Below, piece after piece: positions 25,200 through 32,968 of a stretch of 32,968 nucleotides of DNA; the first letter of the stretch is position 1; each line of letters begins with the position of its first letter. Made by a program: the position numbers and the translations under genes. This stretch comes from Candidatus Micrarchaeota archaeon (GTDB taxonomy: Archaea > Micrarchaeota > Micrarchaeia > Anstonellales > Anstonellaceae), in assembly GCA_013331805.1 (NCBI GenBank), contig DUFS01000027.1, forward strand, positions 26,555 to 59,522, in the 5' to 3' direction. A model generated the notes under the pieces. That model ran no database searches. It saw only the letters and a list, made by a program, of their open reading frames with translations, and was not told where the DNA came from.

Positions 25200-27071
25200 A
25201 TGGCAAAAATAATCGGAATCGACCTGGGCACATCGAACTCGGCGGCAGCCGTGCTTGAGGGCGGCAGGCCGGTGATAGTTCCATCAGCAGAAGGCGCCAC
25301 GCAGTACGGCAAGGCATTTCCTTCGTATGTGGCATTCACAAAAGAAGGCACCCGCCTTACCGGAGAGCCTGCGCGAAGGCAGGCTGTTGCCAATTCGGAA
25401 GCCACATTCACGGCATTCAAGCGCAAGATGGGCACTGACTTCAAGTACAAGGCGCAGGGCAAGGAATACCGGCCTCAGGAGCTCTCGGCTTTCCTGCTCC
25501 AGAAAATAAAGCAGGACGCGGAAATGTACCTTGGCGACAAGGTGGAAAAGGCAGTGATAACCGTTCCGGCCTACTTTGACGACAACCAGCGCCAGGCCAC
25601 AAAGGACGCCGGGGCGATTGCCGGCCTGGAAGTGGTCCGCATAATCAACGAGCCCACTGCAGCGGCATTGGCTTACGGGCTGGACAAGGCCGGAAAGGAC
25701 CAGAAAATCGTGGTCTTTGACCTTGGAGGCGGCACCCTGGACGTGACAATAATGGATTTCGGCAAGGGCGTTTTCGAGGTGAAATCGACCTCGGGAGACA
25801 CTCAGCTTGGCGGAACCGACATGGACAACGCCATAGTGGACTACCTTGTCGGCGTTTTCCTGCGCGAGACAGGGATCAATGTTCAGGAGGACAGGCAGGC
25901 AATGCAGCGGTTGCGCGAGGCGGGCGAAAAGGCGAAGATAGAGCTTTCAACGGTTATTGAGTCGGAGATCAACCTGCCCTTCCTGTCAGCAGACAAGTCG
26001 GGTCCCAAGCATTTTGTCCACAAGCTCACCCGGGCAAAGCTCGAGGAAATCGTCGAGCCCATTGTGAGCAGGTGCAAAAGGCCGCTGCAGCAGGCGCTTT
26101 CAGACGCCAAGCTCACCCCAACGCAGATCGACAAGGTGATACTTGTGGGCGGGCCCACCCGCATGCCAATAGTCCAGCGCTTTACAGAAAGCGCATTCGG
26201 GAAAAAGGCAGAGGGCGGCGTGGACCCCATGGAATGCGTGGCAATGGGCGCTGCAGTGCAGGCAGGCGTGATTTCGGGCGATGTGAAGGACATACTGCTG
26301 CTCGACGTGACCCCCCTTGCGCTCGGCATTGAAACTCTTGGCGGAGTATTCACCAAACTGATCGAGCGCAACACCACAATTCCGACAAAAAAGTCGCAAA
26401 CATTCTCAACTGCGGCAGACTCCCAGACTTCTGTCGAGGTGCACGTGCTGCAGGGCGAAAGGGCAATGGCGCGCGACAACGTGGAGCTTGGAAAATTCGC
26501 CCTTGTTGGCTTGCCGCCAGCTCCCCGCGGCGTTCCCCAGATAGAGGTATCTTTCGATATAGACGCCAACGGAATCATACACGTATCCGCAAAGGACATG
26601 GGAACCGGCAAGGAGCAGAAGATCCAGATAGTCGCGCCCCACAAGATGGACAAGTCCGAAATAGAAAAGAAAATGCGCGAGGCGGAGCAGTTTTCAGAAA
26701 CTGACAAGAAGCTGCGGGAAGAGGTGGAGCTCAAGAACGAAGCCGAATCGCTTGTTTACACCTCGGAAAAGACGGTTGCTGAGTTCGGGGACAAATTCCC
26801 TGCAGACCTCAAGGCTGCGGTGCAGGATGCCGCCAAGGAGCTGAAAGACGCACTTGCGAAAAATGACAGCGCTGTAATAAAGCCTGCTGTTGACAAGCTG
26901 AAAAAAGCGCTTCAGGACGCGGGCGCCTCGCTATACAAGGGCGGTCAGCAGGGAGGGGGTCCGGGAACAGGCGGTCCCGGAGATGCTCCAGACTTCGGGG
27001 CAGGCGACTCGGGCGGCACGAGCGGCCCTGGCAACGAAAACGTCTACGATGCCGATTACAAAAAGGTTTAA
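25200..27071 (+). CDS. dnaK: Hsp70 chaperone DnaK
   Basis: From ATG 25200 ([14 protein letters not shown]), preceded by GGGGTGG. Motifs DLGGGTLDV and [11 protein letters not shown], with a Gly-rich C-terminal tail. The track ORF start (25173) adds 9 implausible residues. Confidence 0.96.
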   Translation: MAKIIGIDLGTSNSAAAVLEGGRPVIVPSAEGATQYGKAFPSYVAFTKEGTRLTGEPARRQAVANSEATFTAFKRKMGTDFKYKAQGKEYRPQELSAFLLQKIKQDAEMYLGDKVEKAVITVPAYFDDNQRQATKDAGAIAGLEVVRIINEPTAAALAYGLDKAGKDQKIVVFDLGGGTLDVTIMDFGKGVFEVKSTSGDTQLGGTDMDNAIVDYLVGVFLRETGINVQEDRQAMQRLREAGEKAKIELSTVIESEINLPFLSADKSGPKHFVHKLTRAKLEEIVEPIVSRCKRPLQQALSDAKLTPTQIDKVILVGGPTRMPIVQRFTESAFGKKAEGGVDPMECVAMGAAVQAGVISGDVKDILLLDVTPLALGIETLGGVFTKLIERNTTIPTKKSQTFSTAADSQTSVEVHVLQGERAMARDNVELGKFALVGLPPAPRGVPQIEVSFDIDANGIIHVSAKDMGTGKEQKIQIVAPHKMDKSEIEKKMREAEQFSETDKKLREEVELKNEAESLVYTSEKTVAEFGDKFPADLKAAVQDAAKELKDALAKNDSAVIKPAVDKLKKALQDAGASLYKGGQQGGGPGTGGPGDAPDFGAGDSGGTSGPGNENVYDADYKKV

Positions 27072-27565
27072 CGCAGCACAACAAGGTTTGCCATTCCCCT
27101 TCTCTTCCTTTCAACAATTCCCTTTTGCTCCAGCCTGTCAAGCATTCGCGAAACTTTCACCTTGGAATAGTCAAGCTCCTTAATGACATCAGACTGGAAG
27201 GCAGAGCCGCCCTTTTCCTGCAGGACTCCGATTATCCTTTTCTCATCGGCGTCAAGAGTTGAAACGTCAATTTTCTTGGTTTGCTTCCGCTCGACCGCAA
27301 TTCTTTCTTCCCTTTCAGGCTCAGGCTTTTTGCGCAACTGGAAGAAAATCCAGCCGACAATAAGGGCTATCACCAATATCAGCACGGCGATCACAATATT
27401 CTGGGTTTCCACCACTTTCTCGTGCGGGCAGTTTATGCTGGAATCTGTGCAGCTTTCTGCCGCAAGGTCGTTGAGCGTGCGATTATAGAAAAAAATAGCC
27501 AAAGCGAAAAGTATCAGGAGTATTGCGATTACCCCTGGCAAGGTTTTGTTTTCAGCCAAATTCAT
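27068..27565 (-). CDS. Membrane-tethered winged-helix regulator (2 TM, extracytoplasmic Cys-x6-Cys-Pro-His loop, cytoplasmic wHTH)
   Basis: 165 codons. TM1 is [19 protein letters not shown], the loop is [29 protein letters not shown], and TM2 is [21 protein letters not shown] followed by RKK. The C-terminal wHTH is [50 protein letters not shown]. The gene is divergent from the cop genes. Confidence 0.75.
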   Translation of the reverse strand: MNLAENKTLPGVIAILLILFALAIFFYNRTLNDLAAESCTDSSINCPHEKVVETQNIVIAVLILVIALIVGWIFFQLRKKPEPEREERIAVERKQTKKIDVSTLDADEKRIIGVLQEKGGSAFQSDVIKELDYSKVKVSRMLDRLEQKGIVERKRRGMANLVVLR

Positions 27566-27586
27566 GGAACTACCCGAAACTTCTCC

Positions 27587-27645
27587 CCTGTGAAACTAGT
27601 TTCACAGGTACCTATTTAAACTGTTCAGTTTCCGCTCTGTTCAGT
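27587..27645. promoter_or_regulatory. Divergent promoter/operator region: perfect 22-bp palindrome, TATA box, 9-nt direct repeats
   Basis: CCTGTGAAACTAGTTTCACAGG at 27587-27608 is a perfect palindrome. TATTTAAA lies at 27613-27620. CTGTTCAGT occurs at 27621-27629 and 27637-27645. GGGTGAT (27658-27664) precedes the copZ ATG at 27670. Confidence 0.6.
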
Positions 27646-27669
27646 CTGGCAGCAGCCAGGGTGATTGGA

Positions 27670-27864
27670 ATGAAAAAAACATTCAAGGTAAGCGGCATGC
27701 ACTGCCCAAGCTGCGAGAAGGTACTGCAGATGGACATTGGCGAAATAGCCGGAGTCAAGTCCGTCAAGGCGAATTACAAAGCCGGAACTGTAGATGTGAA
27801 TGGCGAAGGCTTTGACGAGTCGGCAGTGAAGAAGGCTATAGTGCAAAACGGATACAAGGTCTGA
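27670..27864 (+). CDS. copZ: Copper chaperone, single heavy-metal-associated (HMA) domain
   Basis: 64 codons from ATG 27670: MKKTFKVSGMHCPSCEKV... (GMxCxxC). The upstream part of track ORF 27523-27864 covers the promoter region and is not coding. Confidence 0.88.
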   Translation: MKKTFKVSGMHCPSCEKVLQMDIGEIAGVKSVKANYKAGTVDVNGEGFDESAVKKAIVQNGYKV

Positions 27865-27868
27865 TAAA

Positions 27869-28801
27869 ATGGAAACCAACAAGTCAATAAACATAGCCGG
27901 GATGACCTGCAGCTCCTGCGAGCGGCTGATAACCAAAGCAGTGGAATCAGAAGGCGGCAAGGTCCATAGCATAAGCGCCACCTCTGGCAAGGCAGTGGTG
28001 GACTATCAAGAAGGAACACTCGAGAGGATAAAAACAGCTATCGCTGCATCTGGCTACAGCGTGCTTGACGGCGCTGGCAAGACCGTGGTAGTCGAGCCAT
28101 TTGAGGCCGAGATAAAGATTTTCCTAAAAAAGCTTGTTGACGGGGAAAAAGAGCTCAAAACAGAGCGCAAGATAGTAAAAATGTCCATGCTTTCCATTCT
28201 AGCCCTTGCGGCAATAGGGTTTTTCTTCTACATGACATTCTGGCGCGGCTTGCCAGGCATCGGCGCAAGAATCCCGTTTTTATTCTACTCAGGAGTTTCG
28301 GCAGTTGCCATCACTGCCGCAGTGGCACACTACAACTCACACCGTTTTCAATTCACCTGCATGGAGGGCATGATGACCGGCATGACAATCGGCATGATAG
28401 CTGGCTTCCTCTTTGGTGCAGTTGTTGGGGCGACAAACGGCATGTTCATAGGCAGCGTTTTCGGAATGGCGGTCGGCATGATTGCAGGCGCTTACTGCGG
28501 AAAATGCTGTGGCATTATGGGCGTAATGGAGGGCATGATGGCCGGCTTGATGGGCGGGACAATGGGTGCCATGCTCACGGTGATGATGATTGCCGACAAC
28601 CTGCTGCTGTTCATGCCACTTTTTGTCATATCATGCGTGGCGATATTGGCTGGCCTGACTTACATGATATATCATACGGCGGGCAAGCGCTCCGAAGGGC
28701 AGCTGATGCTATTTTCAGATTTCTTTTTGATCTGCCTTCTTCTTTCAGTAGTTACAACAGTAATAGTAATATTCGGGCCAAAAAGCCCAGTAGCAATATA
28801 G
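27869..28801 (+). CDS. HMA domain fused to a polytopic Met/Gly/Cys-rich membrane domain (uncharacterised)
   Basis: 310 codons. N-terminal INIAGMTCSSCERLI HMA fold, then about 6-7 hydrophobic segments containing CMEGMMTGMTIGMIAG, GMAVGMIAGAYCGKCCGIMGVMEGMMAGLMGGTMGAM. Confidence 0.8.
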   Translation: METNKSINIAGMTCSSCERLITKAVESEGGKVHSISATSGKAVVDYQEGTLERIKTAIAASGYSVLDGAGKTVVVEPFEAEIKIFLKKLVDGEKELKTERKIVKMSMLSILALAAIGFFFYMTFWRGLPGIGARIPFLFYSGVSAVAITAAVAHYNSHRFQFTCMEGMMTGMTIGMIAGFLFGAVVGATNGMFIGSVFGMAVGMIAGAYCGKCCGIMGVMEGMMAGLMGGTMGAMLTVMMIADNLLLFMPLFVISCVAILAGLTYMIYHTAGKRSEGQLMLFSDFFLICLLLSVVTTVIVIFGPKSPVAI

Positions 28802-28813
28802 GGGGTGTTATTG

Positions 28814-29473
28814 ATGGATGAGATTGAACAAAAATTGCCAGACGGTTTGGAGCAAAAAAAACTGGCAGATGGCTTGGAGCAAACTGAATTGGAAGCAGCG
28901 CCTAGCCCTGGGCTCAACGCTGAGAAAATTTTCTGGGGCCTGACAGTGTTCGCAGTGGCCGGGCTCTTCATGTTCTTTGCCTTTGCAGGCTTGGTGGCTC
29001 CGGTCAGCGCCGCGGTGCAGCAGGCCGTTCCACAGCCTTTATTGCCCAAAGCGGCTCAGCCTTCCGGCTCTGTTTCAGGGGGGCAGCTTGCGCCAGTGGC
29101 AAACGGCATTCAGGAAATCACGCTGTCAGTGCAGGGCGCGAATTACATGCCCAATCCCATTCGCGTGAAAAAGGGGATTCCTGTGAGAATCACCGCTGAC
29201 CTCAGCTCGGTTCGCGGCTGCGCAAGCAGCATAGTAATACCTGATTTTGGTGTGCGAAAGACCTTCAGGCAGGGAGACAACTTTGTGGAATTCACTCCGG
29301 ACAAGTCAGGCACCTTTGATTTCGGCTGCTCTATGTGGATGTACACCGGCAAGATAGTGGTTGAGGAAGCCGACGGTTCAGTGGCCCAGTATTCCGGCGC
29401 GCCAACAGCGCAGCAGGCTGGCGGCACACCCTCATGCGGCGCAGGCGGTGGCGGCTGCGGATGTGGAGGCTGA
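28814..29473 (+). CDS. Membrane-anchored cupredoxin-like protein with a Cys/Gly-rich C-terminal tail
   Basis: ATG 28814 is preceded by GGGGGTG (the track starts at GTG 28805). TM anchor IFWGLTVFAVAGLFMFFAFAGLV. Cupredoxin-like beta domain ITLSVQGANYMPNPIRVKKGIPVRI...RGCASSIVIP...GTFDFGCSMWMYTGKIVV. Tail SCGAGGGGCGCGG. Confidence 0.75.
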   Translation: MDEIEQKLPDGLEQKKLADGLEQTELEAAPSPGLNAEKIFWGLTVFAVAGLFMFFAFAGLVAPVSAAVQQAVPQPLLPKAAQPSGSVSGGQLAPVANGIQEITLSVQGANYMPNPIRVKKGIPVRITADLSSVRGCASSIVIPDFGVRKTFRQGDNFVEFTPDKSGTFDFGCSMWMYTGKIVVEEADGSVAQYSGAPTAQQAGGTPSCGAGGGGCGCGG

Positions 29474-29518
29474 ATTATAAGGCTGAGGACGCAAACAAGA
29501 TTTCCAGGAGGTATTAAT

Positions 29519-31681
29519 ATGAAAAAGGAAGACTTCACCATAAACGGCATGCACTGCGCCAGCTGTGCCTCGCTGATAACCAAGGGGATTTCCAAGCTGC
29601 CTGGCGTCCAAAAGGCAAATGTGAACTATGCCGCAGCGCGCGCGCAAGTGGAATATGACGAATCGCTTGTCAGCCAGCAGCAGTTGCTGGAAAAAGTTGC
29701 TTCTCTGGGCTACAGCGCAGTGCCTGGCTTTGATTCCGAACGCGAGAAAAAGGAGCGGGCGCATGAAATCTCCGAACTCAAGCTGAAGCTTCTCTTTGGC
29801 GCAGTGCTCTCAATTCCCGCAATTGCACTCGGCATGTTTCTTATGGACTTTCCAAACCGGCTATGGCTGCTGTTCTTCCTTTCAACACCTGTCCAGTTCA
29901 TCGTTGGCGCAGGCTTTTACCAGGGCGCAATATCGGCAGCACGCAACAAGACGGCATCAATGGACACGCTCATCGCCGTTGGCACAACTGCAGCCTACCT
30001 TTTCTCCTTTGCAGCGCTTTTCGGCTTTGTGGAAGAGCAATATTTTGAGGTGAGCGCAAGCTTGATTACGCTTGTAATATTGGGCAAATACCTTGAAGCT
30101 GTGGCAAAAGGCAGGACCAGCGACGCAATAAGGAAGCTCATGGACCTTTCCCCAAAGATGGCGCACGTGATCAGGGGCGGCAAGGAAATCGAGATTCCTT
30201 CCTCAGAGGTGATTGCAGGGGACCACGTGCTGGTCAAGCCGGGCGAGCGGATTCCGGTTGACGGCATTGTTCTTGAAGGCGACTCGTCCGTGGACGAAAG
30301 CCTGGTTACCGGCGAGTCCATCCCGGTTGAAAAAGCAAAAGGCAGCAAAGTGATTGCAGGCTCAATAAACAAGCACGGCACGCTCACATTCAAGGCAACT
30401 GCGGTTGGCAAGGGCACTGTTCTCGCCCAGATAGTCAGGCTGGTTGAGGAGGCGCAGGGCAGCCGCGCTCCCATCCAGAGGTTTGCCGATACAATAAGCG
30501 CATATTTTGTCCCAGTGGTCATCGTGCTTGCAATCCTCACGTTTTCCTACTGGTATTTCGTGGCATCAGCCGGATTCTCGTTCGCGCTGATTCTTGCGGT
30601 TTCAGTGCTTGTGATAGCCTGCCCCTGCGCGCTCGGCCTTGCCACGCCGACCGCGATAATGGTGGGCACAGGCTTGGGTGCGCAAAAGGGCATACTGATA
30701 AAGAACGCAGAGGCCCTCGAGACCATGCACAAGATAAAAGCGGTGATATTCGACAAGACCGGCACCATAACCGAAGGCAAGCCAAAAGTGACTGACATCG
30801 TGCCAATCACAAAAATTTCGCAGGCAGAGCTTCTTTCCATTGCAGCATCGCTTGAGAAGCCATCCGAGCATCCGCTTGCAGAAGCCATAGTGAACGGGGC
30901 AAAAGAACGCAATGCGGCAATCTCAAAGGTAAGCGACTTCAAAAGCCACCCTGGAAAGGGCGTGAGCGGTAAAATCGGGAATGCAGCTTACCAGGTGGGC
31001 AGCTTCCGCCTCTTTGAATCCATAAAAGGCAAGGTCCTGTCGCATTCGCAGAAGCTGGAAAATGAGGGCAAGACCGCCATGTTTGTCGGCAAGGGCAAGG
31101 AGATAATCGGGATAGTCGCCGTAGCCGACAATGTAAAGCAGACTTCGCAGCAGGCGGTTTCAGAGCTTCGCAAGCTCGGAATCGAAAGCTACCTTCTCAC
31201 TGGCGACAACGAGCGTACCGCTAAAGCCATATCTGCAAAGGCCGGGATAAGAAAATTCTTTGCCAAGGTAATGCCTGACAAGAAGGCAGACTATGTCAAG
31301 AAGATGCAGTCCAAGGGCAAAGTGGTGGCAATGGTGGGCGACGGGGTTAACGATGCGCCTGCGCTTGCGGCTGCCGACATAGGGATAGCAATGGGCTCGG
31401 GAACAGACGTGGCGATGGAATCCGGCAGCGTGGTGCTGATGCGCTCCGACCCCATGGACGTGCCGCGTTCCATCAGGCTTGGCAGGGCGACAATGGACAA
31501 GATAAAGCAGAACATGTTCTGGGCGCTCATCTACAATATCATTGGCATACCGATTGCTGCCGGCGTCCTCTATTCATCCACAGGCTGGCTCCTTTCGCCA
31601 ATACTAGCTGGCGGGGCTATGGCGCTTTCATCAGTGTCGGTTGTCACGAACGCGCTAACGCTGAAATGGATAAGACTGTAA
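29519..31681 (+). CDS. copA: Copper-translocating P1B-type ATPase
   Basis: 720 codons. N-terminal HMA GMHCASC, then TGES, CPC (ACPCALGLATP), DKTGTIT, SEHPLA and GDGVNDAPAL. Strong GGAGGT (29507-29512) lies 6 nt before the ATG. Confidence 0.96.
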   Translation: MKKEDFTINGMHCASCASLITKGISKLPGVQKANVNYAAARAQVEYDESLVSQQQLLEKVASLGYSAVPGFDSEREKKERAHEISELKLKLLFGAVLSIPAIALGMFLMDFPNRLWLLFFLSTPVQFIVGAGFYQGAISAARNKTASMDTLIAVGTTAAYLFSFAALFGFVEEQYFEVSASLITLVILGKYLEAVAKGRTSDAIRKLMDLSPKMAHVIRGGKEIEIPSSEVIAGDHVLVKPGERIPVDGIVLEGDSSVDESLVTGESIPVEKAKGSKVIAGSINKHGTLTFKATAVGKGTVLAQIVRLVEEAQGSRAPIQRFADTISAYFVPVVIVLAILTFSYWYFVASAGFSFALILAVSVLVIACPCALGLATPTAIMVGTGLGAQKGILIKNAEALETMHKIKAVIFDKTGTITEGKPKVTDIVPITKISQAELLSIAASLEKPSEHPLAEAIVNGAKERNAAISKVSDFKSHPGKGVSGKIGNAAYQVGSFRLFESIKGKVLSHSQKLENEGKTAMFVGKGKEIIGIVAVADNVKQTSQQAVSELRKLGIESYLLTGDNERTAKAISAKAGIRKFFAKVMPDKKADYVKKMQSKGKVVAMVGDGVNDAPALAAADIGIAMGSGTDVAMESGSVVLMRSDPMDVPRSIRLGRATMDKIKQNMFWALIYNIIGIPIAAGVLYSSTGWLLSPILAGGAMALSSVSVVTNALTLKWIRL

Positions 31682-31719
31682 TTTATTCTGGGCAGTAACT
31701 CGTGTAACTGGGTGGTAAA

Positions 31720-32283
31720 ATGGGAAAAATTTACGGGATGCTTGTATTGCTTGCGCTATTCGGCGCTTTTTTTGCATCAAGCGCAGAAGAAATCGCAACC
31801 GGAAAGGCACTCGTGGATGCAAAGGCCGACTGCGGCAAACTGAGCCAAGACCAACTGGAATCAATAGGTGAATACATCATGGAACTTCGGCACTCAGGGC
31901 AAGCGCATGAATACATGGACAACATGATGGGCGGCGAGGGTTCAGCCAGCCTCAAGAATGCACACATCCAGATGGCGCAGGTCATGTACTGCGGAAGGAC
32001 CGATGTGCCCCTGACGTACGGCGGCATGATGGGCATGGAAATGATAGGCGGCTACGGGGCAGGGGCGGCTGGTAGCTACGGAATGATGGGCGCAGGAGCG
32101 CGCTCTGGGATGATGGGCTTTGCTTCCGGCTCGCCAGGCTACGGCATGATGGGCTACGGCTATCCTTCCTACGGCTGGGGCATCACCGACATTCTCGTCG
32201 TGATATTGTTCATCGGCCTGATACTGCTGGTCTATGCCCACGCACTGGGCAAGCTGAGGGAGGGCAAGGAAAAAAGGAAGTGA
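31720..32283 (+). CDS. Exported, C-terminally anchored protein with a Met/Gly/Tyr-rich low-complexity region (putative Cu(I)-binding)
   Basis: 187 codons. Signal peptide MGKIYGMLVLLALFGAFFASSA, a helical region with HEYMDNMMGGEGS, then YGGMMGMEMIGGYGAGAAGSYGMMGAGARSGMMGFASGSPGYGMMGYGYPSYGWG. C-terminal TM ITDILVVILFIGLILLVYAHAL followed by KLREGKEKRK. Confidence 0.7.
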   Translation: MGKIYGMLVLLALFGAFFASSAEEIATGKALVDAKADCGKLSQDQLESIGEYIMELRHSGQAHEYMDNMMGGEGSASLKNAHIQMAQVMYCGRTDVPLTYGGMMGMEMIGGYGAGAAGSYGMMGAGARSGMMGFASGSPGYGMMGYGYPSYGWGITDILVVILFIGLILLVYAHALGKLREGKEKRK

Positions 32284-32289
32284 GCACTG

Positions 32290-32820
32290 GTGATTGCAGT
32301 GAAATTGAACAATGTAGACATGGACAAAGCTGGCGCATTTGCACAAGAGGCAAAGGCAGACAGAAGCAAGGCGATTAAGGCAAAGAAGGTTGAGGGCAGC
32401 TGGAATTTCTCGGAACGCGGGCCGCAGTTCTCAGCCGTGCTTGCGCATGCCTCAGGAACCACCACAATTGAGGCAGACGCGCCGCCGTTTCTGGGCGGGG
32501 GAGGGCAGAAACCGGACCCAGTGCAGTACTGCCTCTTCGGGCTGGCAGCCTGCTTTGCGCAGACATTCGCGTCAGTGGCAGCGGAAAAAGGCGTGAAGCT
32601 CTCGAAACTCTCAGTATCGGCGCAAAACACCGTCAACCTTTCAGCTGCGCTTGGCATTGGGAAAGAGCCGCCCACCGAACTGGTAAAAATAACGGTAACC
32701 GCCTCAGGAGCCGAAAGCTCCAAGCTCCCTGAAATAGAGGCGCTTGCAAAAGAGAGGTGCCCAGGCGTCCACTGCCTGACCAACCCGATAAGGCTACAGA
32801 CCGAGCTGAAAGTTGAATGA
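32290..32820 (+). CDS. OsmC/Ohr-family peroxiredoxin-like protein
   Basis: 176 codons, GTG start. PDPVQYCLFGLAACFAQTF and KERCPGVHCLTNPI provide the two conserved Cys contexts of the OsmC fold. Confidence 0.8.
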   Translation: MIAVKLNNVDMDKAGAFAQEAKADRSKAIKAKKVEGSWNFSERGPQFSAVLAHASGTTTIEADAPPFLGGGGQKPDPVQYCLFGLAACFAQTFASVAAEKGVKLSKLSVSAQNTVNLSAALGIGKEPPTELVKITVTASGAESSKLPEIEALAKERCPGVHCLTNPIRLQTELKVE

Positions 32821-32968
32821 TGTTTTGCATGGCATCCCAGAAACTTTTCAAATGCGGCGACTGCGGCCTTTCCTACAGCGAAAAAACATGGGCTGAAAAA
32901 TGCGAGAAATGGTGCAAAAAGCACCATACCTGCAATCTTGTTATAACGAGGCACGCGATAAAGGGCTT
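32817..32968 (+). CDS. Small Cys-rich (CxxC-x12-CxxxC) putative metal-binding protein, cut by the window edge
   Basis: ATGATG at 32817-32822 overlaps the OsmC stop (ATGA). Open to the window end: MMFCMASQKLFKCGDCGLSYSEKTWAEKCEKWCKKHHTCNLVITRHAIKG... It is absent from the ORF track because no stop is reached. Confidence 0.45.
   Translation, partial: MMFCMASQKLFKCGDCGLSYSEKTWAEKCEKWCKKHHTCNLVITRHAIKG

Noticed and set aside
25883-26734. 283-aa minus-strand Ser-rich ORF
   Set aside because: It lies entirely antisense within dnaK, whose identity is unambiguous. This is a typical shadow ORF.
27523-27669. N-terminal extension of the copZ ORF (track 27523-27864, 113 aa)
   Set aside because: The extension overlaps the divergent regulator's start and covers the palindrome, the TATA box and the Shine-Dalgarno site. 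HMA proteins of this type start a few residues before GMxCxxC, as from ATG 27670.
32232-32954. 240-aa minus-strand ORF
   Set aside because: It is antisense to the OsmC-family gene, which has clear conserved motifs, and to the coupled small Cys-rich ORF. Its composition is Ala/Ser/Phe-rich and junk-like, with no motif.
1-32968. CRISPR arrays, rRNA or tRNA genes, transposases, integrases, toxin-antitoxin pairs and known defence-system genes
   Set aside because: I scanned ORF translations and all intergenic spacers. The spacers are all 131 bp or shorter. I found no regularly spaced repeats, no cloverleaf-capable segment, and no DDE, tyrosine-recombinase or serine-recombinase motifs. A by-eye scan can miss short ncRNAs that lie inside coding regions.

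Overview
This is a dense archaeal chromosomal window of about 33 genes, roughly 50% GC by eye. The archaeal assignment rests on a LonB protease with a membrane insertion, an archaeal-type LeuRS, Trm5, A/T-box promoters about 26 nt upstream of start codons, and GGTGA/GGAGG ribosome-binding sites inside operons. I saw no rRNA, tRNA, CRISPR array or transposase. Gene order from left to right: (1) a partial Lys-rich ORF. (2) Three tandem minus-strand paralogs (242-5316) of a ~525-aa Cys-rich, internally duplicated repeat protein that I cannot place in any named family. They are interrupted by a decayed HTH_10-type regulator relic and tightly coupled upstream to a membrane-anchored single-HKD PLD/Nuc-type nuclease, which overlaps the 3' end of carB. 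(3) carB, argF and carA. (4) A minimal K+ channel, a GT3 (eukaryote-like) glycogen synthase, Trm5 and LeuRS. (5) A PAS histidine kinase with a stand-alone receiver, an MFS transporter and a small membrane protein. (6) LonB and a lipoprotein. (7) A wHTH-grpE-orf-dnaK operon whose promoter is flanked by palindromes. (8) A copper island: membrane-tethered wHTH, CopZ, an HMA domain fused to a Met/Gly/Cys-rich membrane protein, an anchored cupredoxin, CopA, a Met/Gly-rich anchored protein, OsmC and a small CxxC protein cut by the window edge. The best candidate for an undescribed system is the PLD plus three-paralog cluster (242-5891). The second is the set of non-canonical parts of the copper island. 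All calls come from reading motifs by eye. No database search or structure prediction was possible, so family names are recognition-level and functions of the novel genes are hypotheses.
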